Assembly: GCF_002113885.1 (NCBI RefSeq)
Contig: NW_018480073.1
Location: forward strand, 1-64,000
Direction: 5' to 3'
DNA: 64,000 nt
From: Mizuhopecten yessoensis
Lineage: Eukaryota
Shown here: one piece after another, positions 13,933 through 27,260 of the stretch
Position numbering within the stretch: position 1 is the first letter of the stretch
Layout of the letters: the number at the start of each line of letters is the position of its first letter
Notes under the pieces: generated by a model
Seen by the model: the letters and a program-made list of their open reading frames with translations, nothing else
Told to the model about the DNA's origin: nothing
The model's database searches: none
Made by a program: the position numbers and the translations under genes

Positions 13933-14507
13933 GGACTGCAATGAGTAATCTAAGACGCTGAAAAATTTTAATACCTATGGACACTGCAAAAGTGAATTGT
14001 GTGTATATTACTGAAACACTGGAAGCTTTGATCATATTTTATGTTTTTAATCCCCCTAATATCAAAGTATGACGAAGATTAAGGCGGAAATACAAAAAGC
14101 TTATCGAGAGCACAAAAAGCTAAATGACCCCTAATTCCTACAAAAGAAAACTCGAAGTAAAAAGTAGGGTTCATAAAAAATCAGTGAAGGATCTAAAAGA
14201 ATATAGAAAAAACATTCTTTCAACTTTCTGAAATCGATTACGAATTCGTCACTTTTTAATGGGAGTAACGGTTGGAAAAAAGTGACATGTACGTATACGC
14301 TAGCGTACAAACTTTTGGCAGTAAAAGATAAAGCCGCCCTGTTTTTTAATTTAGTCTGGAGCTTTTGTGAAGTTGTTTTCAATATAAAAGTTTGTTATAA
14401 AGTTACTCGTTCAAATTGTGTGAACAGATACGTTACAAGATATAAAGAAATTATTGTATTTAATAGTATTTTACGTATAATAAATATTTAGCACGAGTCT
14501 TCCTGAC

Positions 14508-14963
14508 GACATAGCTTGAGGGAGTGATCTCACCTTAGCACGGGTACGGGAATAAACAAAACACCCGCAATCACAACAAAGTCAGAATTGTGAAAAATGT
14601 TGTTTATTTCAACAAAACTTACATAATTATAAACAGTAAGGTATTTTTGTTCTATTTATCGGAAAACATCATGTTATTAGTCTGTATTTTTCTAATAATA
14701 TGTGAAAAACTGTAATTTTCACGGTTGAGTGCGGCGTACAAGTTGAAATACACATTATCGTCTATTTCAAAATTATCAAATTATTTAAAGTTTCATCCAA
14801 AGTGTCACATTTATAAACCGATTTTTTGGTTTGATCAGAGACGTATATATTACACGTCTCTGGTTTGATTAAACTTTAAACCAATGCATTACAATATCTC
14901 TATTTCTCTGGTATGGTATTTTAGTCCGAATCCGGGAAAGGCGTACAAAATTTACTTACCACC
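14508..14963. repeat. Right arm of the inverted repeat (partner 9225-9625)
   Basis: Reverse complement aligns collinearly with 9225-9625. Confidence 0.75.
14836..14862. mobile_element. 27-bp CAGAGACG..CGTCTCTG hairpin insert, 7-bp TSD GTTTGAT
   Basis: Exact TSD at 14829-14835 and 14863-14869. Confidence 0.8.
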
Positions 14964-14987
14964 GGTAGATTGTCTATTTTTTAACAG

Positions 14988-15096
14988 GATGGAATTCGAA
15001 AAACCTAATCTGAAAAGAAACGTCCCTGAGGAGAGTGACGTCTCTGAGGAGAGTGACGGCGATGACTGCGAACTACGCAAGAGAATGAAAATTCAG
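14988..15096 (+). CDS. Copy 1 exon 2 (acidic N-terminal segment MEFEKPNLKRNVPEESD...RMKIQ)
   Basis: ttaacag|g acceptor, cag|gtaaag donor; 109 nt like exon 2 of copies 3 and 4; phase 0 donor fits the next exon. Confidence 0.7.
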
Positions 15097-15208
15097 GTAA
15101 AGTTTTCGGCCGTTTACTGAACATGGAACGTCTTGCATAGGTATTTATATTATCAGGAACTCGAAATATTGATTGATTGATTAATTGATTGATTGATTGA
15201 TTGATTGG

Positions 15209-15250
<42 letters not shown>

Positions 15251-18200
15251 TTACTTCCGCTTCACTACCGAGTAGTTCGGTTATCCAGCAGACGATGGAA
15301 AATATGGGGAAATGAGTAGAGGGGATAAAGTATGGAGTGAAGGGATAGAAGAGGGAGACAGGAAAGAGAAGGAGCCGTCTATCCTATGGAACTCGGAAAG
15401 ATTCGCAAGATATTTATATAGGGTTCTCCTCAGGCCACATGTAAATCAAACATAATTGACATGTTTTGCCGTATAGTTAAGCAATGGCCGAAGCAAGTTC
15501 AATGTGCATAAACTAATCTATTGATTTATTAATTGTTTGAGCTTTTGATAGCACACGGTACGCGTGCTTTGAGGTATAGGATAACATGCATTTGTCATGT
15601 ACCGGAGGCATCTTTCTCATTTAAATATAGTCTCGTTCAACCAGACTCTTGTTGCCTGCGCACGCTACGCCGAACAGAGAGTCTCTTGAATTACAAGTCA
15701 TCAAGCGTCTGGTTGAACGAGACTAATTTAAATATTTATGCCACGGGTCCAACGATTGACAGGATGGGGCGATGATTTACAGGATCGGGCGTGATCGGAC
15801 AATTTTATGGTCAATTAAAGCATTATTTTGATCTGCACACAGCATGAATGTAATTACCTTTTTTTCAAATGTATTTATGAAATACAAAATGGACATTATA
15901 ATCATATGAGATGGCATTATAATTAGCGGACGTATACTGAAAGGATAGTTAAGACACTGAGTACCAGGAGACGAACCTATATCATTATATTATTTAAACA
16001 GAAAAGGTATATGTATATATCAGAAACTATAAACATGAAATATTTACAATGGAAAAGTACACATTTATCGTTATTTTTCAATGTAAGTAGGTATTTTATA
16101 AATATTAACTTTAATAAGCAAGTTATTTCAACGTATATCAATCACTCTTGTTGGCCCCGACGTTAGCGTGTAGCGTGTATTAATGTGGGAGAAAACCGGA
16201 GTACCCGGGAAAAAAAACCAAGTGTACGGGCAGGTGACCTTTTCACGTCCGATCGGGGAATCGAACCCAGGCCATCATTACACTACATAAATAGTATATA
16301 TGGACATTTTCCCTAAGGGGAATCAAACACCTCATTTTCAAAAGACTGAGACCCTATAAAATATGAAGCAAATGAGTATTGCTAGAAATGGATAGTGGTT
16401 ATTCCAAATATACTTGATATACATCATCAATAAGAAACCAATGTGAAAAAACCTATTTGGAAAATGCAACAATCAGTAAGTTCTGTTCATTCTCAAACAA
16501 TTGATTTATATGGTAGCAGTACACTGATGATGCATGAATTACGATACGTCTATTAACCACGTTTAATCTGCCCTGTAGTGGATGAGATGTGTAAAATATA
16601 TTTTCTGTAACAATTATATATATCAATCTGCCCTGTAGTGAATGAGATGTGTAAAATTTACTTTATGTAAAAGTTATATATGCCAATATGCCCGGTAGTG
16701 GATGAGATGTGTATACTTTATTTTCTGTAACAGTTATATATACCAATCTGCCCTGTAGTGGATGAGTTGTGTAAAATCTATTTTCTGTAAAACTTATGTA
16801 TACCAAGCTGCCCTGTAGTGCATGAGATGTGTAGCTATACTTCAAATTACAGTAAAACCTCGTTATACTGACACAATTTGCCCAGAGAAATTTCGGCGTT
16901 ATATAGGGGTTTAGCTACATGAGGGAAATGTAAAAATATTTTTTTTAAGAAAAAGAGTAAATTAAAAAGGGCCTTAAACTATTTTGGCAGTAAGCGAGGG
17001 GGCAAATGAAACGAGGACATTATATCGAAGTTTTACTGTACCTCAACCAACCTATTAATACAAAAAATATTTCTATTTTTTTCATGGTGGAATTTTGCTG
17101 TTAAGTTCTTGGAACAATTTATCAGTTCATCCAGTTGTCAAGTGTAAGACATTAGGGGATAGGGTTGTATAAACTGTATGTACAGGTAATGGCATCTCAG
17201 AAATCATGGCTCCGACAGTAGTGTCGGATATCACAAAATTCGTGGCTATTACTGAGTACAGATGAAAACAGGGAAGGGTGTCTTGCAATTTTGTCTTATT
17301 ATATACTTTATGCAAAAAGTTAAATTTACTATTTCATAGAGCTTTCATCCTTTTTGGCATCATCAGTTATGCTATGGGCCTAAAAAGTGGGAATTCAAAT
17401 TCATCTAAATTACTGTTGATACAGAAAGGGAGGAGCATAAAAACCCCTAATTATTTGAATTTTAAAACTTTGATCAAATTTATGATGAGTAAACTGTGCT
17501 TATTATGTATCGTGCCACAAAGAGGTTATTATGACCAACAACAAAATCACCAGCTAAGTCTACCAAAAGATGCACGTGGATAAAAAAGACAAAATATATT
17601 ACCAATTAAAACAGCATATTTTCTTTTTGTATCTCAGATTGAACCATGTTTCCTGCCGAACGATGTCAAACTGGTCGTCGAGGATCAACATCTTCACGTA
17701 AACAGAGATTTACTCGCATCGGCGTCTCCCGACTTTGCGGCTTGGCTGAAGGATGAGTGGCAGGATCACCAACAGGCAGACACCACACTGCGGTTCACAG
17801 GGAAAACCTACCATGATATGTCAATATTTATGAAGTGTCTTCTGCCGTCATTCCCCAAACAAGTAACTAGTAATTATCGGTAGCACAAGTAGGAGTGCAC
17901 GTGCGAGATCCTGCGATTTCCCTCTGGATACACATGTTTTCTCTGCACCCCTGGAATCATTCTCGATACTCCCAAGAATTACACTCACTTAAGTTATCTG
18001 CACCCTTGAATATGTCATAACAAAACTAAAGGTTCATTGTGCGTCACATTGTAGATGAAACAAGAAAATGAGTTTGATCATTTGATGATCATTTAAAGAA
18101 TCCCACGACAGAGAAGCGGCAAAACTGACCAGCTTACAAGTCGGATGTCGCTACTCTGTAATCTTCAAAGGACATGTGACAGCCTAGATGTTGTTCAGTG

Positions 18201-20932
18201 TTTAACTCATATCAATCAAATAGCTAGCCGCGTGTCTTCACTATTGTAATGACATATTCCAGGGAGCAGAGAGCGTAAGAGATTGTTACCCCAGATGTAT
18301 CAAGAATGCTCTAAAATATGTCACAACAAAATCGAAGGCTCTTTACGCGGCTCCTTGGATAGATGCAAATACACTAGTCCGATCGAGATCAAATCAACAG
18401 CGGAACCCTTTGAGTTTTAGATGATGGAGATCGTCACCCATTTCACATCTTTACATTTGTCGAAAAACCAGCATAATCCCTAGTACAGGTTAGAAGAACA
18501 AATATATCCATACCCAGCACTTAAAGGTGAACGTAACACACACATAAGCTAACGCAGGTGAGGTCGTCATCAATTAAAATTCCCTTTAAACTAGTATAAA
18601 CCCCAGTACAGTTAAGAATAAACAAATTTCGTAAGACAACGATACAAGCTCTTAGCTCATATTACTGCTGAATATCAAGTGACAGAACTGTTATAACATA
18701 AGAAGTAACATCCAACATGTACCAGTACTTAAACAAATCTTTATTTTGTTTGTTAATCTTGTATTGTTATACGCCCGTGAATAGACGTTCACAAAACGGA
18801 AAAAAAAACAATTTAAACTGAGAGCCTAACATGTTAAAAAAGTAACATAATGACCTATTACACGCATATAGTTACTGATGGAGTTAATTATTCTGAGCGA
18901 GGTGTTCATACTCATGAAAACTTTAAACGGTTTATTTTATTCTAGTTATCATTCCTTAATAAGAAACCGTTTCAAAATTTCAGATAAAAATTTGGATATA
19001 GTACTCTCTTTAGCAAACGAGTATCAGACAGCAGACTTGTTACGTAAATGTGTTGAAGTCATCAACCAGCGCGTGGAATCACTTTCCGAGGTCAGTATAT
19101 ACATACCGCCCTCCCGGATAGTCACATATTTACGCTGGATCGAGAAGTTCAACATTGACGATGCAAAAGCATGCGTTGTGAAGTCAGCATCGTACCTAGA
19201 GGGAAAAAAACTCCAGAAAGAACCAGGCTACAAGGATATCGGATATGAACTTAAACTTGAGATATCTTATGCCAGAGCCGAACTTCTAGAAAGTCTATTT
19301 GTGGTGACTGTTGAAGAGATTATGGGTAAGCTGTTACTCACATTCTTTACAATACACTACTATATATATACTATGGTTGAACTGTTATCAGTGTTAAGTT
19401 TCGGTATGAGGTGTTTTCTCTGTTATAGTTGATGTTTTTATGTACCATATTTAAACAAATTTTAGACTAAAGCAAAATGTTGTATGCTATGAGGTCGTAC
19501 GAACAGTCTTTTCTTACAGTCTAAATATGCCACACATATATATCCCTTGTCCCTGTAAAGACATGTATTTCTCCCAAAATCATTTTCGTTTGAGATAGTA
19601 AAAATATTACTGTAACACGCACACGGGTGATAGCTCAGAGCATTAACAGTTGGTACATGTAATAGACACAGTAAGCCAAAGATTAATTACATTGCATCAT
19701 ACAGCTGTTTCATAATCAAGGACTCATCGCCATCGGTGATGCTAGTTGCCATAAAGTTGGAAATGCAAATTGGTCCAACTGCTTCTAAAACAGAAGATAT
19801 GCCCTTTATTTTGAGAAATTCAAAATTTAGAGTTTAAGTTTTAAGTTAAATCTTCACTAAAGTTTTTATATGATGAACCATGCCACAACTTTGCTGCCTT
19901 CAAAATCAATGAAAGATAATTATGTTTCAACTCACGATTTAAAATAGCGTCACACTAACTGGAAGATTTTGTGCTGATATTGCCATATCTTTGATGTTCA
20001 GAGCTGAGAAGTTGCAGCTGATAATCAGAAACATAACCCTGAATTTTAACTCTGACAGCCATTTCTCATGTGGTGAAATACGTACCTCTTGATCACGTCA
20101 AACTTTTTTCGAAATCTGAGGACTCCGCTATCGATATATACACTATATGTACATTTTCTCTACTCCCTAGAAATATGTCATTGCAAAATCGAAGACTCTA
20201 GTTTCTCTAGTAATATGCAAAAGACAGGAATCCACCTAGCGATTGGTTTTTGTTTTGCTTTTTGTTATGCAGATCTTAACTCTTTCACCCCTATGTAACT
20301 TTAGTAGACTCTACCATGCATGGATCTGGATGAATCCATTATGGTCTACAGTGTTGAAATGGGTTAAAGTATAGCTACACCAAGTAGATACATATGATAA
20401 GAACGGCTGAATTGTATGATTTAAAGGACTTATATGTATATACCTTATTGACTTCCATTCAGAGAGATCATCGGAAAGTTTCATGCGATCAAACTTTCAT
20501 TTATAGTGTGAACTTTTGACGATTTAATGTTTAGTTTCTTGTTTCTAATGAAACATGTTTCTTTTTCAGAAAAAAATACAACAGTTAAAGATTCCAGTTT
20601 CTATGCATTACCTGCCAATTTGGAGAAAAAATATCACCAAGATAATAAGAAACGAAGTGCAGTTGAAAGGCGTAGACAGGATCACACCTATTCTTTACCG
20701 AGAAAAAAAGACGAAAGAGCAGCTTCCAGGCATTTTTGCAAGCATGTATATTTGTGACAAATTGAAGCTCACGAGAACCTATGAAGTATGCTTGACGAGT
20801 TTAAAACTGTCAAAAATAAAAAGGGCCGATTTTGAAAAAGGTTGGTCGAGTTATTTTGCTGATATAAGTTATGCCAAGGAACGTGAATCTGGAAAGCTAC
20901 ATGCACTCCATTTCTGTGATTGTTCTTATTGA
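14988..20932 (+). CDS. BTB/POZ-domain gene, copy 1 (most divergent); apparent +1 frameshift at start of last exon
   Basis: Exons 14988-15096, 17638-17869, 18984-19325, 20570-20932 with AG/GT boundaries at positions matching the paralogues. BTB motif DVKLVVEDQHLHVNRDLLASASPDF...LDIVLSLANEY. Candidate first exons at 2454-2458 and 6078-6082, or in-frame ATG at 14989. The A7 run at 20570-20576 is one base longer than phase requires. Confidence 0.8.
15168..15248. repeat. (GATT)n microsatellite
   Basis: About 20 tetranucleotide units with few interruptions. Confidence 0.95.
15264..15695. repeat. 432-bp segment duplicated at 22099-22530
   Basis: Near-identical direct copy (one difference seen: ctcctcagg versus ctccccagg). 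Confidence 0.95.
15628..15725. mobile_element. 98-bp MITE, 19-bp TIR TAGTCTCGTTCAACCAGAC, 9-bp TSD ATTTAAATA (compatible with MULE or AcademH)
   Basis: Perfect TIRs; TSD at 15619-15627 and 15726-15734. Confidence 0.85.
16143..16273 (-). mobile_element. tRNA-derived SINE fragment
   Basis: Minus strand has B box GGTTCGATTCC followed by GGGTACTCCGGTTTTCTCCCAC, a V/Meta-type SINE body motif. Confidence 0.65.
16565..16833. repeat. 60-bp minisatellite, ~4.5 copies
   Basis: aatctgccctgtagtggatgagatgtgta recurs every 60 nt. Confidence 0.92.
16850..17038. mobile_element. Tc1/mariner-pogo-type MITE, TA TSD
   Basis: TIR CAGTAAAACCTCGTTATA versus CAGTAAAACTTCGATATA, flanked by TA on both sides. Confidence 0.75.
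17638..17869 (+). CDS. Copy 1 exon 3 (BTB domain N-terminal part)
   Basis: ctcag|ATT acceptor; open frame IEPCFLPNDVKLVVEDQHLHVNRDLLASASPDFAAWLKDEW...MKCLLPSFPKQVT; phase-1 donor a|gtaatt; missed by the ORF track. Confidence 0.88.
18984..19325 (+). CDS. Copy 1 exon 4 (BTB C-terminal helices and following helical region)
   Basis: tttcag|at acceptor, g|gtaagc donor; 342 nt as in all paralogues; within ORF 18878..19432. Confidence 0.88.
20570..20932 (+). CDS. Copy 1 exon 5 (C-terminal domain)
   Basis: ctttttcag acceptor; frame KIQQLKIP..HY...W...FASMYICD...HALHFCDCSY* is homologous to the last exons of copies 2-4. Confidence 0.8.
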   Translation, partial: KKIQQLKIPVSMHYLPIWRKNITKIIRNEVQLKGVDRITPILYREKKTKEQLPGIFASMYICDKLKLTRTYEVCLTSLKLSKIKRADFEKGWSSYFADISYAKERESGKLHALHFCDCSY

Positions 20933-22098
20933 TTTTAAGATTTATAAATTTTTGATAGCTTTCGAATTTTATCAATTTGATAAAACTGACATCTTCATCA
21001 CTGTGATAAATATCACGTTTGATGTGGTCGCGGTGTAATAATCCTACTCCCAGGATAGACAGATGAGAACGATACTTAGACTTGCACTTCATTGGAAGCC
21101 AGAGATCTTTTGTTTAAACGTAGATGAAACGACAGTAGATTAAGAGGATTTTTGATACATTTTTGCTATAAACACAATGTAATAAGCTAACTACAACACT
21201 GAAACATTTTTTGTCAGAAAATCTGACCAAATAGTTCAAAAAGAAACAGAATTGCGTTGCGTAGCTATTCAAAATGGTGCACAGACTTGTTATTTAGCGT
21301 AACGTCATAAGAATATGGCAGCAAAAATGTCGGTATAAAATCTCTTTAAAGGTTTGATGCGGGACAATTTTCGTCGTCGTTGGAAGTTTCAATTGTTATA
21401 AATATACAATTTAAAATTTTCCACTTGAATTCCATATTTCTTTTACCCGTACGGCAAAATGTACCAATATTTTCATTCGTGTCAAGCACTCGTAAAATAT
21501 TGGTATTCTGCCATACCGATGCCAAGCAAACATAGTATTCAACGGGAAACTCCCCCATTTATCTTACTGACGAACACAATTTCGAAAATCCATCTGCAAT
21601 ATCAGCAGAACATATGATCGACTTAATCCTCGAAATCTAGGGTTACTGTTCTTGAAACTCATATATTCTTTGCACCACTTAAATATGTCATGGCGAAATT
21701 GCTTATTATACAATTGTACTAGTCTTTAAGCTATTTTATGGAGATCATAGGAATCGCGCGGCAGCGTATCGATTAAATTGACAGGCTTTGAAGTTGTTTG
21801 TAGCTCCTCAGTAATCTTCAAAAGGACAGGTACAAATATATCGGCCTAGTGATTGGTTAGGATTGTATACCTGAAACTAATCAAGTAGCTAATAGCATGC
21901 TTAAATACATCTCCCAGTGATGCAGAGAAGGTATCGGGAGAGGAATCCCTGGATTTCTAGGATGGACTGATTCATGAACATACATTTGAATGATATAGAA
22001 CATTCAGTGAATCTATATTAAATAACAAAGAAATGACTATTCCATCAGTAATAAGCCACCAAAACGTGTTTTATTGAGTGGTTTTACATTCATTTTTA

Positions 22099-22530
22099 AC
22101 TACCGAGTAGTTCGGTTATCCAGCAGACGATGGAAAATATGGGGAAATGAGTAGAGGGGATAAAGTATGGAGTGAAGGGATAGAAGAGGGAGACAGGAAA
22201 GAGAAGGAGCCGTCTATCCTATGGAACTCGGAAAGATTCGCAAGATATTTATATAGGGTTCTCCCCAGGCCACATGTAAATCAAACATAATTGACATGTT
22301 TTGCCGTATAGTTAAGCAATGGCCGAAGCAAGTTCAATGTGCATAAACTAATCTATTGATTTATTAATTGTTTGAGCTTTTGATAGCACACGGTACGCGT
22401 GCTTTGAGGTATAGGATAACATGCATTTGTCATGTACCGGAGGCATCTTTCTCATTTAAATATAGTCTCGTTCAACCAGACTCTTGTTGCCTGCGCACGC
22501 TACGCCGAACAGAGAGTCTCTTGAATTACA
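22099..22530. repeat. Copy of 15264-15695, ending inside the MITE
   Basis: Contains only the left TIR. Confidence 0.95.
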
Positions 22531-23096
22531 TTAAAACATAATTAAATGAAGATAATGTGTTCGATATTGTATTGTTGATCTGCGTAGCTTTAACAGGTAT
22601 GTTCTGGCAAGTTTTGTTGATCACAGAATATTGGTGTTGGTGACAGAATATTTTTCACTTTGTAATGTAACTACCTAGTGTTAGGAACATTTTTGTATTT
22701 AATTAGTTGGCTTTCGATGTGAATTACACAAGTCACATTTGTCAACATAATACAGTTTTTGTTATCAATATGCTTCTTTGATTATTTAATGACTGAATAT
22801 TTTTCACCTGTTAAAATAATTGCTTATGTGTTGGGGATATTCTATACTTCACGGAATTGCATGTGAACTATACGAGTTACATAGTTCAAAATGAGAAAGT
22901 TTTTATCATAGATACGATTCGGTAATTGTTTAGAGACTGATTAGCATCGCCTGTTAACATGATTGCTAATATTGCTTGTTCTCTACACATTTTATGTGAA
23001 TTACAGTTTCATTTGTCAACAGGAGAATTTTTTTTAGGTAAATTACGTACATTACTTTTGTCGCCAGGTCCTTCAATATATCGATGCAAGTAACCG

Positions 23097-24790
23097 GTTT
23101 AGTGAGCCATGGCGCGTCGTCCGTTCGTCGTCCGTCAGTCCGGCGTCTATATTTTACTTCTTCTCAATAACCAAAAGGCCAAGGATACTGATATTGGGCC
23201 TGTAGCATGCTGGGATAAAGGGCTACCAAGTTTGTATGAATGACCTTCACCAAATTTCAAAGTCACATGGGTCAAATGTCGTAAACTCTTCTAACAACTT
23301 CTTCTCAATGACCGAAAGGCCCAGGTTACTGATATTGGGCCTGTAGCATGCTGGGATGAAGGGCTACCAATTTTAATCAAATGAATGACCTTGATCTACT
23401 TCAAAGGTTACAGGGGTCAAATGTCATAAAATCTTCAAACGATTTCTTCTCAATAACAAAAAGTCCCAAGGTACTGATATTGAGCCTGTAGCATACTGGG
23501 ATGAAGGGCTATCAAGTTTGTTCAAATGAATGAACTTGACTTATATTCACGGTCACAGGGGTCAAATGTGTTAAAAACCTGTAATACAACTTCTTCATAA
23601 TAACCAAAATGCCTAGGATGATGATGATGATATTTGGCCAGTAGCATGCTGGAATAAAGGACTACTGAGTTTGTCCAAATGAAAAAACCTTTTAACAACT
23701 TTTTCTGAATAACTAACAGATATTTAAGGAATGATTTTTATTTTTTCAACATTTATGAGGTCATAACAACAATGGGTTTATGGACATATTGAATGAATCG
23801 CGTTAGCGATTCATGTAAAATATGTCCAAAAACCCATTGTTGTTATGACCTCATAAATGTTGAAAAAATAAATATCATTCCTTATATTTACATTGACGAA
23901 TCCTTTCAGTGGATCGATATAACAACGAATAAAACAAATAAACAGGGTTTGTTCCTGCTTATACACGGGTGCAACGCAGTGGCGAGAACAGTGTTTTTTC
24001 GCGGGGAAATGTGACACTATCGTGAGAGATCTTAGCAACCGTCAACAACAATAACACAACAAAATGTAGTTCCATATTCAATGTTTATTTGTAGCACAGG
24101 ACACGTGAATACGTGGATATTTCACAAAGCACAGTTCAATAATATTTTAAGATGTAAGAATTAAGCATCTAGGTCGGTCGTTCCGAGTGAGTAGTTTTTG
24201 TAGTGTATTACTACGCAGTGTGATCAGGTTACTATCAGTTCCCACGTGCTGAGATTCTATGAACACCTGTGTTATGCATTTATGAATGTAATTTTTGTCA
24301 ATGGGTCTAAGCATACAGAATGTAAATATAAGGTGATGATATTTTGCCAGTAACATATATTCAAGGTCACAGGTGTCAAATATGTTAAAAACCTTTAAAC
24401 GACTCCTTCTTAATAAGCAAAAGGCCAAGGGTGATGATATTTGGCCATTTACATGCTGGGATGAAGGACTACCAAGTGAATGACCTTCGCCCATATTTAA
24501 GGTCACAGTGGTCAATATATGTTTAAATCTTTTTGTTCTGTATAACCAAGAGGTCCAGGGTAATGATATTTTGCAGAAGCATACTGGGTTGGAAGACTAT
24601 AAACTCTGTTCAACCTAATGTCCTTGTTCGACATTCAAGGTCACAGGCGTCATATGTTTAAATCTTTTAATAGGTTCTTATGAATCAAACACTGATATTC
24701 TGCCGGTAGCTGTATTTTAGTCCACTTTTAAGATTACAAATGTGAGATTAATACCAGGTGAGCGATGCAGGCCCATTGGGCCTCTTGTTT
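23097..24790 (+). mobile_element. Helentron-associated (HINE/DINE-like) element with ~145-bp internal tandem units, interrupted at ~23725-24330
   Basis: 5' (GTCC)-rich tract; repeated ttcttctcaataacc..gggcctgtagcatgctggg..tgacctt..ggtcacaggggtcaaa units; 3' end caggtgagcgat-aggccc/gggcct hairpin-cttgttt. Confidence 0.8.
23725..23884. repeat. ~160-bp near-perfect palindrome at the start of a nested insertion
   Basis: taaggaatga..ttcaacatttatgaggtcataacaacaatggg mirrored by cccattgttgttatgacctcataaatgttgaa..tcattcctta. Confidence 0.9.
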
Positions 24791-27192
24791 TATATTGAAA
24801 GTGTTTCCAGGCAAGACAAATGAACAAGTTTCTATTGATAGGTTGTATTGTTATTCTAGTATTCTTTACTACCTAACTGTGAACTTGTGTGCGTTTTGTG
24901 CAATAAATTTGTTAAAGATTTTGTAGCTCACTGCAAGTATACGTTTTCTAAAAGTTTGTTGTTTACTTAGAGAGATGCATTTCTTGTTTCATTCATAAAA
25001 TGCTTTGTATTTATCCAAGTAAAAAAACACCTTGAAACTTCATTAAATTTCAGTATTGTATTTAGTTCGTATGTACATGTTGACTTTTGTATAAGCAAAT
25101 TTATTAATAATTCATTACGTGATTATTGCATCACATATTTGTGTTATAAAGCATAGTGTATACCAGCCTTTAAGTATACATAAGAGTGGCCAAATCTCAT
25201 GTTACGCCTTTACATGGGGGTCAACAACTGTAACAGTTTTGTTATATAGAATATTTGTGATATTATATATGATTCATAAAGGATATTAATGGAATAGGTT
25301 TTATTCTTATGCCTGTATTGAAACCCAATGGCAAACAATTGCGCTAATGATCCATTGTTATAAATATTACAGATTACTGTAGTCCATACCAGCTTCAGTG
25401 TAAACATTTTATTTCTTCTATTCACTTTAGTGTACTCTTCTTTGAGAGATGATACATTGATAAAAAATCGCTTCCACATCAAAACAAAGTCATCATATTG
25501 TTAATTCAATGAAAACAAGAACACCTGTCAGATACCGGTTGATAATCGTCAAAATGAAAATGAAATAAATCACTGGATCCCACAGCTCACTGAATTCTTG
25601 ATGTTATGATTGAAATAAGATAACGATGTCAGTTAACAACTGTAGTCATCTTTACAATAGTTATGTGTGCTTTGTTTTAAGCAAATTACAGTTTACAATG
25701 AGTTATCAAATGTACATGTAATTATTCCATGTCAATTTGTATTTTCGAATATGAAGATCTCTATCTATATTAAATGTAAACAACCATGTTTGCATGCATG
25801 TATTATTTCTCGTTATATCCAAGAAATAAAAGATGACTATAATTTACATGCATGCCTTTTATTTTTTAAATTGTCAATGTAATATTTCCTATTTTGTGGC
25901 CAAAAAAGATAATCAATATTATACTTGTAAGTCTCATGAAATGGAGATTCATTTAATTGCCTGTTTCTTTTTGTATATGCATGATCGAAGTTAATTTATC
26001 CCTGAATGACTATAAACGATCATACACACACGTTTGTATTCCATATCAAAATATTGAACATAGTTTCTAAAGTTTTAATCTTAGCGAGGAAAAGAATGAT
26101 ACGTTTATTCCTATAGCTTAATAAAAACAAATAAGTCTGACGACCGTAAACTTGATCGTAACAACTTCTAATAATAATAATACCCTTCATTTACTTTACA
26201 ACAATTATAACACAAGTTATTTCAACTTATATAAATCCTTCTTGTTAACGAATATCAATAAAACTATATTTATGTTACAGTGTTTATGTAACAAATTATT
26301 GCAACTGATATAGTGCGCTATCCACTGCACTACCTGAATGTTGGTTGGTTTACATCCACTATATCTTGTTCTATGTGAATGAGATAAGAGACAAAATAAA
26401 TATAACGTACATAAACAAATACCACATGCATTTCACTTCGGTATACACATTACTAGCCCGAGGTTCATCTGGCCCTGGCTCCAGACATATATCTGTCAAA
26501 ACATCTACGCCTGGTGTCAGGGCAACTTGAGTGGAAACTCTGGCTAACACGTCACTACAACGATAAATTATCTTGTAACACGAATACAACTATTGATTTT
26601 ATGAACCAATACACTACCTAAAAGTGGTCTTCTCTATAGCTCACAACAGAAATTTATTTGTAAAAATGGTATATGTAACTGCAAACTATACATTTCATCT
26701 CCGTTTCATGTTGAAAGAGACATTCAATATGTCTTCTCTGTCGGTTAAAGTAGTAGTATGAGATAAAGTATTATAATATCTGTCACTGGTACTAATTTGT
26801 AAAGTGATACATTTTCTGTATTGCTATTTATATATATATTACGCGATAAATTCATTTTATAGTATGCAATAAATTGGTTTAATATATGTCATCTGGTACA
26901 ATGTAATGCTATGACTAGATGCTCTAGATGTAGAATTTGTTTTTAAATTATTTCACAATAAATATATTATAATATACACTGTCAATACCATAGGAGAAGG
27001 CTTGTATAGGCATTACGCCTGATGCCCAATTCCTTTCGAATTTGTTAAAAGATACAATATTCAATAAAAAATTGTGAAATGAAATGACTGGAGCTGTTTT
27101 TGTCATTCGTAGGATATAGTGTTGTTTGTATTAGTAAGATACAAAAATAGGCTCGATAACTATAATCGATGAGATAAGCCCTTTCCTTATAC

Positions 27193-27260
27193 TGCGCATG
27201 TGTGTAGCAGAATCACATGTTCCTGGTTGGCAACGACAACGGCGATAAAATGGCGTAAGT
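27193..27260 (+). promoter_or_regulatory. Promoter/first-exon module of copy 2 (ATG-GC|GTAAGT)
   Basis: TGCGCATGTG at 27193; AAAATGGC|GTAAGT with ATG at 27250; phase 2 matches exon 2. Confidence 0.6.
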
